Origin: Corallochytrium limacisporum Hawaii
Lineage: Eukaryota > Protista > Pluriformea
Direction: 5' to 3'
NCBI GenBank assembly: GCA_002811645.1
Contig: PDIP01000032.1
Location: forward strand, 124,001-188,000
DNA: 64,000 bases
Positions 1 through 15,000 of the stretch are shown here, in pieces; within the stretch, counting starts at the first letter, position 1, and the number at the start of each line of letters is the position of its first letter. The notes beneath the pieces are model-generated. The model did not search any database. It was not told the DNA's origin and saw nothing but the letters and a program-made list of their open reading frames with translations. Made by a program: the position numbers and the translations under genes.

Positions 1-1
1 T

Positions 2-310
2 CCATACAGAGTGCTAAGAACTGCAGTCGACAACCTGCGGCCGTTGGTCGTCACTCAGACTAACGTAACTCGTGGTAGTCGCTATACTGTTCCAGTAGCG
101 GTTGGTGAGATCCGCGGTCGTAACATTGCGCTCAAGAATATGGTCAAAGCCGCACGTAACAGCAACGCACGCGTACCCATGTACGAGAAGCTGTACAATC
201 AGGTTCAGGATGCACTGCAGCGTCGTGGAGCAGTCTACGAGAAGCGACAGGAAGCCCACAAGTTGGCCGAAGCGAACCGGGCGTACGCACACCTGCGGTT
301 TGCGTCATAA
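2..310 (+). CDS. MRPS7: Mitochondrial-type ribosomal protein uS7, 3' part (5' end outside window)
   Basis: The frame is open from the window edge. It contains RGSRYTVPV and the C-terminal KRQEAHKLAEANRAYAHLRF typical of bacterial/organellar S7. Confidence 0.85.
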   Translation, partial: PYRVLRTAVDNLRPLVVTQTNVTRGSRYTVPVAVGEIRGRNIALKNMVKAARNSNARVPMYEKLYNQVQDALQRRGAVYEKRQEAHKLAEANRAYAHLRFAS

Positions 311-581
311 AAGCATTGTAACAGTAATACACACCATAGGTCATCAAAATCATCTAGAAGTGCTAGACTCAATGGCCGTTTTTGTAAGAATAGTATTTGA
401 TCTATATGCGATGTTACAGACGAAACGATGTTGTGGATGTGAATCAGTGTGTTTCTCGAAATGACGATGGATGGTCTAATGGTCCTGTGAGATCCATCTT
501 CTCCTCAGTGTCTTTTGCAATGAGCTCTAGTATTAGCAAGCTCTCATGTTTGTTTTCCTAATGTGAAAATGGTTTTGTCAT

Positions 582-3725
<3,144 letters not shown>

Positions 3726-6520
3726 TCAACTACCTACACATATCAACTGTCATCAAGCGGTGCTGGGTCCCTTTTTCACGCATTATGTGTTCCTTTGCGT
3801 TCTCCATCGATCAAACCCGGTCTGGCCATGACGTTGCGAACCATACGTCTTTGCCCTTGGCCCCCCCTTCTCTTCTCCTCACCTCCGTGTGCTTTGCAGT
3901 GTTTGTTGTTCACTTCTGCCGTCATATGGCCCCCCCCCCCCGGGGGGGGGGAAGGGGAAAAGGCGAAAACACCTTCTGGGAGTTTGGGGGTTTGGGACAT
4001 AGGGCCCCCCACTGCCGGACTTTTCTTGCCCCCCCCCCAAGGTGCTACGGTGCGCCTCCCCCCATTGCAACAGATCAGACAGACACCGGGGGGCCCCGAA
4101 CAACAGCGTAACACCTGCCTACCTGGGCCGTGTCTAGCTTTTATCTCCCGGGGAAAAAAAAAGGGGAGATACCAGGAAAGAAGAAGAAAAAAAAATAACG
4201 GTGAAAACACAGTACTGAGACAGACCAACGGGCCCTTGCACAGTCAGTCCCCCCCCCCTTCTTCTCCCTCCTTCCGGGTGAAACGCTCGGCCGTACGGGA
4301 GCAGGGGTGTCGGAACGGGCAGGTGACAAATGGCAACCCTTGCTCGTACCCAAACATTTGGCGGGCGAATCAATCGTGCTCGATGGACCTCTCCCGCGAT
4401 TCGCCCACCTCCCCAATTTTGCTATTTGTTTTTTTTTTTTTCCTTTCCGGCTCACTCTCTCCCGCGATGCATGGGTCCTCGGTCGAACCGCCCCCGCTGG
4501 CTTTTAAATGCCATTTCATAGCTTAGGCCTGCCGCGTCACCGTCCAACGGCTTGAAACCACCCTCCGTCCCCCTCGGCCCCCCTTTTGAAAGCTTGGCCT
4601 TTGGTTTCTTGGCTTTCTAATTCTCTCCCGGTGTTCATCCCTTCGCAACCCCCCGGGGGGGGGGCCCTCCCCTTCGGGAGAGAGCGAGGGGGTTTCGATA
4701 TTCGGAATACGGCGGTCAGTTTTTACGTACCGAAGACGAGGAGGAACGCGGCTCCAGGACACCCGACAGGCCCCCCCCCGGGAGAACGAGGAGAGGATCC
4801 CCGGCCTCCACCGGTGCGGAATGCCAAGGAAAGCATAGAAGTGTACGAGTGGACAGCGCGGGGGCGACTGGGAAGTGCCTCGTCGACAGATGGCAGCTCC
4901 AAATCCGTGCCTTTGGAGTGGTGTGGTTAGTCGATCATGCCTTCTTTACATTAGCGAGCAAGCATCGTCACACAACACTGATAGACGACGGCATCTCACA
5001 TGAGGCAAGTGAACTTGGTGCACGGGAGGACACTTGTTCATGATCCAGTGCGGCTCTTGATGGCGCTCTCTTTACCCAGCATGATCTTCTCCATGGATCC
5101 TAAAGGAGCCGAGGTCAGAAAGAATATTGCCTGGAAGGAAACAAGATCTCCTACCATGTCCAATCGGTGTCTAATATGTGGATATATGTGTCGCATGTAG
5201 TAAACTCCAATCAGTCAGGCCGAACGGGCTTCCCTCCACGCGGTCTTCATGTGTCTCCGGCGGGTATATGCCGATGGGGGGACGTGTATACATATAATCC
5301 ATCAGGGCACACCACCTCCCAACAAAAGTGTTCTGGAAGGGTCAACCACTAGGAAAAATCTTCAATTGTCAAATTTCATTCTCTGGTAATGGGGAAGAAA
5401 ATGGGTGAGCCATGAAAATTAGAAAAATGAATTACAAACGGCAGCGAAGATTTTTGGAGAAGAAGATGAAGGAATTTCGGGCTTTGGGTAGAAAACTTGG
5501 TGCATTCCCTGCGGTCCTGGGGCTCCAGGGAGAGAGAGAGAGGGAGGTGTGCAGGGCAGGGGGGGGATGTTTACCCGCGCTCCGGCTCTGCCGGGTGGGT
5601 CCTTATCCGCTATCAGCAATATTTTGCTCGTCGACTTAAATCCCTAGAGAAATCCCATATAAACTCGATACCGAGGACCATTCAGCTTCCCGCAGACTGG
5701 GGAATATGCCATTCCGCTCTCTTCGCCTGCCACTGCAACGCCATCCATCCCTACCTCCCCGTGGCGAATTGTGATTGGGCTGTGCCCATATAGAGGGAGT
5801 CTAATTTCCAAAAAAACACCAATACCTCCCTTGGCACGGCGGTCCGGACGTCCTGGTCGGCAAGAAAAGGGGGGTGGAATACGGTAAAAACTGATCCCCA
5901 AATTAAGTAATTACTGGAGTTTGTAGCGCGAGTTGTTTGGTCGGTGCTGTGTTGTGTAAAGCCAGTGAGGCCGGAACGGAAAGGTGTGCGGACGTGGGCG
6001 GGCGCAGAGCCGTTGTTTGCTCTGCGATTCATACGTTTCATAATAGAGTGTGTGCGCATGGTGAGTAGTATAATAAACGAATTGTTTCTCCAATTGTAGA
6101 ATGATGATCGCCCTAACATTCAAGCATGCTAGGTAAGGAAACGGTATGACAACGAAATAGCCAGATAGTGCAACTCGTTGGTTCTACGCACTGTCGAATT
6201 ACCGGGGGCCCGTACCGCGGTATATTGACTATTGACGTGGGCAAGACAAAAGCCGTTCGGATCTAATTCGACCCGGAGACTATTTTTGGCTTTGCGCAGG
6301 ACCAGCAGTCCCGACAGAGAGCCGCGGCCGCTGCATTTCGACAGCTGCTGTGTTTGGAAACACGCGAAGCGAGTCAGGTGGGTGGGTTGGAAAAGGTCGT
6401 TTAACGGTAGCCAGGTATAAAGGGACCATCACGCAAAAGCAAGAAAGTTCTGATCACCTACCGATACCAACAACAAGCCTGCTGTCCTGAAGAACGTTTG
6501 CCCGGAAAACGAAAACAATC

Positions 6521-6966
6521 ATGGGTCTCCTTAGCACCGCTTTGCTCCTTAATGGAGGTTTTGACTTTGCGCTGACCTTCCTGGCGCCAAAAGCCAACGC
6601 CAATCTGCACTCTGGCTTGTCCCGTACCAGCAGGTATTAGATTTTGATTTATTGGTTTTGTCTATTCAATTGGATACAGTACTAACACCTACAGCTTTTT
6701 CCTACTTTACAATAGCAGGCATGGGTATTGCTGAGCGCTCTTTTGTTTACGGTTTCTGGATGCATGGTATCATCCGTGTGTCTGCTGCCATGAATCCCAA
6801 GTATCTGAAGCTCGCCACCGCCTCCTACCTGGTTGAATTGGCGATGGCCGTCTTGGAGGTTTACTACTTTAAGTCGACCACAATCCAGGCCAGTGGCGGT
6901 ATGATCCTGATTCCAATAGTCATGGGCTTTTTCTCTTGGACCAATCGAGACGCCCTTGAGATCTAA
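6521..6966 (+). CDS. Small multi-pass membrane protein, ERG28-like; two exons, intron boundaries uncertain (about 6624/6630-6694)
   Basis: ATG 6521 opens a hydrophobic exon. An AT-rich segment carries TACTAAC (6680-6686) and ends in ACAG (6694). The second exon, AERSFVYGFWMHGIIRVSAA...LEVYYF, resembles the ERG28 'ARTFG.W...IR' pattern. Confidence 0.5.
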
Positions 6967-7096
6967 AGCGACCATGTTTTGATTGTCCATTTGGCCTGGT
7001 ACCAAATCGACTTGAACAATGTCTCGCAAGGTTGAAAATAAAGTAAAAATTCCCGGAACATAGCAAACTGCTGTCGGCATTATGCAACACCTGCGA

Positions 7097-7963
7097 TCAA
7101 TCACTCAATATTTCGATGTCTGAATCCTCGTCTGAATCCAGCATGATTACGTCCTCCTCATAGTACACCCCGCCATCGTCTGATTCGTTGTCCGACAATA
7201 CAAGCACTCCACGCCGTCCTCGGCGCACAGATACTGTCCTACAGCGGTGACAGTACCAATCATCATATGGCACCCTGTTCAGACCAACGCAGAATGTGTG
7301 GTAAGGTTGGTCACACCCGTCGCAGAGCAGCAGCACATCTTCTCGATCACAGTTTCCACAAATCATGCAGTAGGCGAGCTCTTCCACAGTTTCAACCGGT
7401 GCAGGCGGCGGTTCCATCTTGTGCACAATATCCAAGACTCCTTCTTCGCCAACCTTGTGTTCAATTAGTTCAGTGAACTCTTGCTTACACATTGGGCAGT
7501 TATTGGAAAGCTTGCTCCATTCCAGGATGCACGCATAGCAGAACTCGTGTTTGCAATTTGGGATCCATCCACGTACCTCAATTTGTTCGTAGCAGATAGC
7601 GCACGGTTCTTTCTGCCCAGGAGTGCCATCTTGATTCGATTTCCCCGGAGACTGCTCGGGACTTTCTATGTCTATGATTGACTGACCACCTTTGCCTTCC
7701 TGCAGTGCTACAGAAGTGCTCTCCGCTCTGTCCTCTGCCTGTTGCTTGTGTTTCTTTTTCTCTGCCTGGAGCGACTGTCGCAGGCGGAGCAGCTGAAGCC
7801 GCCTTGGGCGATCCAAATGTTGCGTCGGGCTACGAAAGCAGTCCGGCGTAGACTCAGTGCTGACCGAATTCGCTGTTCGCATATTATGGCTCCGCGATCT
7901 TGTTAACTGTTGAGAGGGGCTCTGGAAGCGTTCAGGCGATGATTCGTTACTGATTACATCCAT
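7097..7963 (-). CDS. RING (C3HC4) + PHD finger protein, PHRF1/Asr1-like
   Basis: RING CAIC...CKHEFCYAC...CPMC is followed by PHD CMIC...LLLCDGC...YHTFC...WYCHRC and an acidic tail. Confidence 0.88.
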   Translation of the reverse strand: MDVISNESSPERFQSPSQQLTRSRSHNMRTANSVSTESTPDCFRSPTQHLDRPRRLQLLRLRQSLQAEKKKHKQQAEDRAESTSVALQEGKGGQSIIDIESPEQSPGKSNQDGTPGQKEPCAICYEQIEVRGWIPNCKHEFCYACILEWSKLSNNCPMCKQEFTELIEHKVGEEGVLDIVHKMEPPPAPVETVEELAYCMICGNCDREDVLLLCDGCDQPYHTFCVGLNRVPYDDWYCHRCRTVSVRRGRRGVLVLSDNESDDGGVYYEEDVIMLDSDEDSDIEILSD

Positions 7964-8323
7964 TGTGGGCTCCTTTAAATATTTTCTAAACCTTACGCCG
8001 CGTTCGGCAAAACCGGAGTCACCCTGTGCTGTGAATCAGCGTGGTCACGTGCATTGTCGACCTTCACATTTGCTATCCATGCGGATAGAACACATCGCAG
8101 AGGTCTGAAAGCTAACGATCACGTTCTAATTTCGGCTGTCTCTGATGCATCCGGTAGTTGTGAAGATTACAGCAAAGTTTGAATGGCAGAAGTTATGTAC
8201 CTGTCCCTCAAACCCGACGTCGTGCCGCTGGCCTCTCACGGTTTCGGGTCTCAACGACGCGCAACCCCCCAATGTCCAGGATACGGTGCGGGCGGGAAAC
8301 GGGAGTCTATATCAATGTTCAGG

Positions 8324-8396
8324 AAAAAAAAGAAAAGAAGAAAGGAACGAGAGAGAGAAAGAAAGAAAGTAGAAAAGAAGAAAAAAAAAAAAAAAG
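8324..8396. repeat. A/G-rich low-complexity tract (poly-T on the tRNA strand; probable Pol III terminator region)
   Basis: Runs of A and AG lie about 40-110 nt downstream of the minus-strand tRNA. Confidence 0.55.
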
Positions 8397-8436
8397 CACA
8401 TCTAAAACCATGAGTTACTGCTAAGAACAGAAACAA

Positions 8437-8510
8437 AGGCTCGACCGGGATTTGAACCCGGGACCTCGGCATTACTAGTGCCGCGCTCTAACCAACTGAG
8501 CTATCAAGCC
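8437..8510 (-). tRNA. tRNA-Thr(AGT)
   Basis: The reverse complement is GGCTTGATAGCTCAGTTGGTTAGAGCGCGGCACTAGTAATGCCGAGGTCCCGGGTTCAAATCCCGGTCGAGCCT. It has a 7-bp acceptor stem, anticodon stem CGGCA/TGCCG with loop CT-AGT-AA, a GGTTCAAATCC T-arm and discriminator T. Confidence 0.96.
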
Positions 8511-8753
8511 GTACTGCGCTTCTTGTTCGGTCAGGTGAAAATATAATATATGAACTATTATCAAACAAGTTTTCAATTTTCTATACTGAACTGTGGCAAT
8601 GTACGACCACTATAATATCACTATGACGAGAACAACCATTGTCCTCCAGGGGCATCTGGCTGGGGGCGGAGTTCCCCATGAATTTGTTGTGCGCCTTCAT
8701 GCAATTGCAAAGTAATAAAAGTGTATTGCTGACGTTCCTAAGATCCTCAGTCC

Positions 8754-10640
8754 CTACAAACGAACCTTGCCATCCTGGATGTCGTTCATGGCGGACTTGT
8801 CAATGGGCAAATAGGTTTTTGCCTTGCCAGAACGGAAGTACACCTGGCCCTCTCCACACTTGGCGGGGTCGAATGAGTCACGCTGCAGATCGACCTTGCG
8901 GTGTTTGAAGGTACCCGTAGTGTCCATGCTCTTCAGCACGCGCATGAAAGCGGGACGAGCGTAGACGGGCAGGCCTTCACCGGTGTGGTAGAAGTCCTTG
9001 AGGTCCAGCTCGAAGCCCTCCTTGACAGCAATGGCAGCCATACCGGCCTTGCCATCGTGGTTTGGCACCGGAACACCGTAGACGTTGCACTCGTAGACCC
9101 AGGGAAGGTGGCCAAATGCGTGGGCGACCTCCGTGGTGGCGACGTTCTCACCCTTCCAGCGGAAAGTGTCGCCAACGCGATCCATGAAGTAGTAGAATCC
9201 ATGCTTGTCGAAGCACAGGATATCTCCAGTTGCGAAGTACTGGTCACCCTGGGCGAAACAGTCGTGGAGGATCTTCTTTTCTGAGGCGTTCTTGTTGCCA
9301 ACGTAACCGTCATAGTTGGACTGTCCACCAATCTTGCGGATCTCCACAACCATCTGGCCAGGCTCTTCGGGTCCACAGGGGATACAGCGGCCAGTCTTTG
9401 GATCCCGGATCACCTCCTCGTTCTCCATGTCAAACTTGACAATCTTGACCGTGTACAGACTGCGCAGCAGAGGGGGCACCCAACCCACCGCACCGCTGAA
9501 TCCGTACTCATCCATGGTGTTCATCAAACCACCGGCACCCTCGGTGGCGGCGTACAGCTCACCAATCTGATTAATGTTGTAGCGGTTCTTGAAGCGATCC
9601 CACACATCGGGACGCATGCCATTTCCAAAGGCAAGACGCAGAGGGTTCTCACCGTCGTCGGTCTTCTCAGGAGAGGCAAGCAGGTACCGGCAGATCTCGC
9701 CAATGTACTGGAAGCAGGTGGCGTTGGTGCTGCGGACATCGTCCAAGAACTTGGAGGCACTAAACTTGCGGCGAAGAGAAATGGTCGCACCCAGGTAGAT
9801 CATGCAGCCAATTCCAACAATGCCCGCGGCAGAGTGGTACAGGGGCATGACCTGGTAGACCACATCGTTTTCAGTGATGCCGTAGGCTGTGGCCAGAAGA
9901 TAACCACCGGTGCAGTAGCGATTGTTGCGGATCAGACCTGCCTTGGGGTAGCCCGTGGTGCCCGAAGTGTAAATGTACATGAGAGGAGTGCCCATGCTAA
10001 TCTGAGCCTTCTCGTTGGGGGTGAGGTTGGAAGGGTCCATGGAGTCGACCTCAGAGTCAATAGAGGCGAAAGGAATGTCCTTGACGGCGTCAGTACCAGC
10101 GTAGGCCTCCTCGAGCACAAAGACCTTGTCGTCGGACAGGGGCTTGTCCTCGTCGTTCAGGGCGGCATAGGCCATGGCCTGCTTCGGGGTAGAGATCAGG
10201 AGCTTGCCGTTGGCAATGCGGACGCAATGAGCCAGAGGATCGCCAGTCAGGTTTGTGTTAATACAGGCGGTGCAGACACCAAGGTTAGCCATACCGAGCC
10301 AGAAGCAGATGAACTCGACACTGTTTTCAGCGTTCAGCACGACGATATCGCCCTTCTGCAAGTTCTTACTCTTTCCCCAGCGGGACCACTGGTTAACCCG
10401 ACCCTGGATCTGAGCCCAGGTGTACTGGCGCTCCTCAAAGACGACAGCGATCTCATTCTTGCGGGCAGCAGCCTGGCGCTCAAAGGTGCGGATGGGGGTG
10501 TTGACATCACCAGGGCGCAAGAGACGAGCCAACTTGATGCCGAGGCCTACAAAGTGAAACAGGCCCTTAGTATGTGCCCAGTAGCTCAGGGACTTGTCAC
10601 GATTGTCAAGCAGAGCCTTGGGGAGTTCTGAGTCAGTCAT
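8754..10640 (-). CDS. Fatty acid transport protein / very-long-chain acyl-CoA synthetase (FATP/SLC27A/Fat1 family)
   Basis: Motifs YIYTSGTTGYPK, PLYHS, FQYIGEICRYLL, ELYAATEG and DRVGDTFRWKGENVATTEV are present. Confidence 0.95.
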   Translation of the reverse strand: MTDSELPKALLDNRDKSLSYWAHTKGLFHFVGLGIKLARLLRPGDVNTPIRTFERQAAARKNEIAVVFEERQYTWAQIQGRVNQWSRWGKSKNLQKGDIVVLNAENSVEFICFWLGMANLGVCTACINTNLTGDPLAHCVRIANGKLLISTPKQAMAYAALNDEDKPLSDDKVFVLEEAYAGTDAVKDIPFASIDSEVDSMDPSNLTPNEKAQISMGTPLMYIYTSGTTGYPKAGLIRNNRYCTGGYLLATAYGITENDVVYQVMPLYHSAAGIVGIGCMIYLGATISLRRKFSASKFLDDVRSTNATCFQYIGEICRYLLASPEKTDDGENPLRLAFGNGMRPDVWDRFKNRYNINQIGELYAATEGAGGLMNTMDEYGFSGAVGWVPPLLRSLYTVKIVKFDMENEEVIRDPKTGRCIPCGPEEPGQMVVEIRKIGGQSNYDGYVGNKNASEKKILHDCFAQGDQYFATGDILCFDKHGFYYFMDRVGDTFRWKGENVATTEVAHAFGHLPWVYECNVYGVPVPNHDGKAGMAAIAVKEGFELDLKDFYHTGEGLPVYARPAFMRVLKSMDTTGTFKHRKVDLQRDSFDPAKCGEGQVYFRSGKAKTYLPIDKSAMNDIQDGKVRL

Positions 10641-10980
10641 ATTTGTGAATGTCTATTTGGTACTTTCCAACGACTACAACGTTCGTCTTGATATTTCACC
10701 AAGGGTCGCGGTCGAAGACTGCTGTTGACAGTCTCAAGTACCTGTCAAGATCCCTCGGCAAGTGTTCATTCTTTGCAGCGTAAAGAAACCACCCTCAGAA
10801 ACATAAGAGAGCACCTTCAGTTGGCTGTCCGTCGGTCATGCCCGCCACTCCTCCTTCAGTCTGCTACCGCATCCGCAGCCACAGTCAAGTCAAGTCATCT
10901 ATGGTTCTGCAGACAAGCCAGGTTGTATTCTGTCGTGCGATGTGGCACGCCCACCCGCTGTGGAGAATACAGACACCGGT

Positions 10981-11021
10981 CTCTGCCTCTCTCTCTCTCT
11001 CTCTCGCTCTATCTCTATCTT
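10981..11021. repeat. (CT)n microsatellite
   Basis: Imperfect CT repeat. Similar tracts occur at 11778-11811 and 26418-26443, and as GA at 5530-5542. Confidence 0.8.
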
Positions 11022-11981
11022 CCGTGCCACCCGTTTTGAGACTGCGGCTTGAGACTGCTGTGTAGAAGCACAACGAGGAACGAAAAACCCTGTCATCGGG
11101 GGAGCTCACCTGGCCAATTCGTCCAGTATTGAGATACGCGGATGCAAGGGACACGGATCGCAGGTGTGAGGGTAGGCGTGTTTTGCTTCGCATATCCAGT
11201 CGGCCTGTACGGCCATAAAAAATTCGCTTGCCTTCGAGATGTTGCAAACAGCCAGCCATTCACGCAGCATTCTAAGTGGGAGTCTTGACTATGGAGATTG
11301 GAAAAAGAACCTCGCACGTCTAGTTTCAAATGTTCTTTTGGTTTGCGATGGCAACTTTCTTCATCATCGGTGTCGACAAATGGGACAGGCAATAGGACGA
11401 ATAACAACGGCACAAAATCAACACTTGCCATAGCAGACTCGCAACGGAGCGTTGGGGGGGGGGTGAGAGGAGGCGGGGAGCCTTATCCATAATTTACCAC
11501 CGGAACCTCGTCGGATGCTCACTTGGTGGCATTAAGAGCATGAGCCTTTACACGTCTACGCACTAGTACCGGAAACAAAAATAGGCCATAACTAGTCGCT
11601 CAGACCAGGTGAGAGCCAGCTTGCTCTTGAACCTAAGATGCGTTTGTAACGACATGTTTGCTGCAAAAACAACAAACCAGGTAGGTGGCCCAACTGCTGT
11701 TGATTGACTGATGGGTGCGATGGTGATCTATGTTTACTCCTATGTTAAGAACTGCCCCCAAACGGGTGCGTCGTCGGCTCTCTCTCACTCTCTCACTCTC
11801 TCTGTGTCTCTCGGCGAAGATAAACGTCCTACTCTTGTCCAATGTAAGCCATTTGCCTACATGCAAACAAGAGTATCTGCATGGGCCCGTGTGCTCTATC
11901 TCCGCCGGATGAGTGATGGGTTTTGCAGGACCTAATCAGATGATATACCTGGAACGGGTACATGGAGATAAATGTATGGCT

Positions 11982-12077
11982 TAGTTTATGTATGGCTCAG
12001 CGGGGGAGTGGTTTGCAAGATATGGCAGGGCATACATTACCTAGTTTGTGTGAGGATCAGCGGAGGAGTGGTGTGCA
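11982..12077. repeat. Imperfect direct repeat, 36-nt unit at 60-nt spacing
   Basis: tagtttatgtatggctcagcgggggagtggtttgca (11982) versus tagtttgtgtgaggatcagcggaggagtggtgtgca (12042). Confidence 0.7.
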
Positions 12078-15000
12078 TGCCTGGACCTGCCAGACTGCGC
12101 AAAGTCGTTTCCGTCCTTCCTTGAAAGACGAATGTGCGTCATGGGCAGACGGACCGCCGGACCTGCCATGCACAAGACAGCGGCAGCGAGTGATTTCCAG
12201 TGCTTGTCGAAGCTATGTATGAAAGTGTGGGCATGATTCTGAGAGTCAATGTTGGACGACACAAGGTCTGAGGTAAAACGGGAGCGTAGCTCTGGGAGTT
12301 CAGAACCAGCGGCTCAGGGCAGTACTGAGTCTGCCTGAAATTAGTACCTACTGCCGCTCCCTTTTACTCTTGTAACCTGCCACCTGCCGACTCACGCCAC
12401 GTAGCCGTTCACGCCGTACCTTTCAACTCCGCACCTCTCCGCCAGGCCCATCCCATACTAAATGTATACCAAGTTTTACTCCACTTCCCACTGGTGGTGC
12501 TGTAGCGCAACTGTTGTGCTACCGTGAGGCTCAGCATTTATGTTTAATGCATTATTGTTCGAAATTGATGAATCGCTCTTCAACTTTTGCATATACGCTG
12601 TCGAAGCGTGCGTGGAACTCATTTAAATTCAATAAATGAGATTTTCAGCTATTGGTACTTCCACCGTGTCTCGCATACTCAATCTATTGAACAAGAAATT
12701 CCCCTATGACGGACGAGAGCTGATTGGCTACAGCTACCAAGTATTCAAGAGTTCTCATAATGGGGCGCGGTACTGGCTTTGAACGTTCTGCTCCGAAGCA
12801 AACCGTACAAATCATTTCGTTCACTCAGAACTCCTCTCTAGGACATGCCTCTTTCTCCGTAGAATGTCATGCTCTGGTACAATCTCTGAGTGTTGAACTT
12901 CGATGTTTGTGGCAGATGCTCATACAGACTGCTGCGCCTTTGTACTCAATGTGCTGTCCTGGAGGTGTTCAACAGAGAGTACCGCATTGTTGCAGCGCGC
13001 CATGTGATTTTGGCGTGTCGCATGCGTTCCCGTTTGCTAGGTTTCTCTGTTTCAAGCTGCCGAACACTGAAGTCGATCTCCGCTCATTCTTGGCCGATGA
13101 GCATCCACAGCAATCGGGAGGCGACAGATTGAGAAGACAAGAACCCCACTCAAGGCACAGGCAGCCCACAGGTATGTCATGGTCCCGTCCAAGAATTCCA
13201 TGATAAACCGCGTACCCGTACACCGAGTAATGGAGCGCAGACATAGAAGCATTTGTATAGAAATCACAGGCGCATGTTCACACTTTTTGTTTGCCAGTGC
13301 GTCAGTCATCCGAGAATCCGCCCCGGTTGGACAATGTAACAGTCTGCCAAACAGTTAAGGAAGAGCCCCGAACCAATGCATCCAAAAATACAACCTTTCT
13401 CTCCAATCTCACTTGCGTAAAGGGAATCCCGTCCCTTCTGCGACACGCATGTGTGGAGCATGGATAGCGCACAGATATAGAACCACATGTCCATCACCGT
13501 TTTGTTCGACCCATACATTCGCTATCATAACCCCTACGTCACTGTCGTACCCTGTCTATAGACTTAGTACTTACCCAAGACAAGTAATCAGACAGTGCAT
13601 CATCTTCGTCGGCTATGATTGGCCGAACTGTCCACGTTTGGAGGACTGTGAACTATGCACCAAAGGCCCCATGTGCCTATCGTTACTCTCGACTCTTGAA
13701 TCTCATAGTTGTGGACAGGCTCTGTCAATCGTGGCAAGTGATCGAAACTTCTAAAGTAGACTTCCGTACTTAACATACGAGAGATTTCTTGGCAGATCGA
13801 TGCGACTTCTCCTCTGCTGTCGCTTTGTCTTCTCGCTACCAATGCCTGCGGACCAAATCAACCACATCATCAGTGCCACATCAAGTCAGATGAAATAGGT
13901 AGAGGATTAACATCGACAAGTGAACCCTTCCCCTACTCAATAGCCCTAACAGTCCTGTCCGGTGCTCAGTCCCTGACGCAAAACATGAATTCTTCGTACC
14001 AGTATTTTCATTTGCAAAGATTTCTCCTCACCACCCCTAGGATGCCCATGCGCCTTATCACCACTTTTTGATACCAATTGCATCTCGGCGACGAAAACTT
14101 GCAATATGTTTAGTATAAGAAATCTGTAATTGTGGTAGCAGTGTGTGAAGTGTGTAACAGCGTTGATAAGCCGCGAGAGCCCAGTGCCCGCCCTTGTTCC
14201 GAGTTTCCTCGAGCTGTTTTCGATATCCCGTTGGATTCCATTTATTGTCATAGTAAAGCTACGAACTACTTTTTGTTCTTATAGAAGAACTCGCAAAAAT
14301 CTCTCCGCAGCTCATAAGGGAAAGGATAGAAAGTTTTGAGCAATGGACATTGCAAGAGTTCCTCAACACTTACTCATAGTGTTTTTCTTTCTTTGCGATG
14401 ATGCCGCATAGACTGCGCATCCCCTGCATTGTGGTATCGGGTAGATGGCAGGCATCGTTTCTCTGTCTGCACATATGACAACCGCATTTGTAGCGTACTG
14501 CGGTATTGTTCACTATCTTTCAATCCGCCACACGTCCGCACCAAGTCACAGATGCCTGATGTTGGTGGTTCATTAATCACTTAGAGCAGGAACACAGAAT
14601 TTCACTCTCGGTAGGCCCCCAGCCCCTGCCGATGTCAGGGCTGCGTATCCGCTCTTTCTGTCTGCCCCGCGAAGAAGAAGCTCCGCATCAAGCACACAGG
14701 TACTTCAGCGCCTATGACGGCACATGGAGCGGGGAATAACCAACAAGAATAAAGAAAAGAGCCCCGAGAAGTACCGAAGAATCATGCGCACAATGATTCT
14801 GTGGGATCCTCCAGCGCAATGGAAACTGAGAGAATTGAAGGGGGGACAGCACGGGATCGATAAAAATTGGTGCAACTGCGCAGGTAGTGGCTGATCATAC
14901 CCGCAGTTCTGGGCTGGTTTGTCACCTTGACGTTGCGTATCTTACAAGTCAGAGTAGTTGTGTTCAACGACGCTACGTCACTCGTGGACCCTCCCTAGCT

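Noticed and set aside
12700-14300. Short hydrophobic minus-strand ORFs and a GTAAGT donor near 13574, possibly a decayed membrane-protein gene
   Set aside because: No consistent frame or recognisable motif could be assembled by eye.
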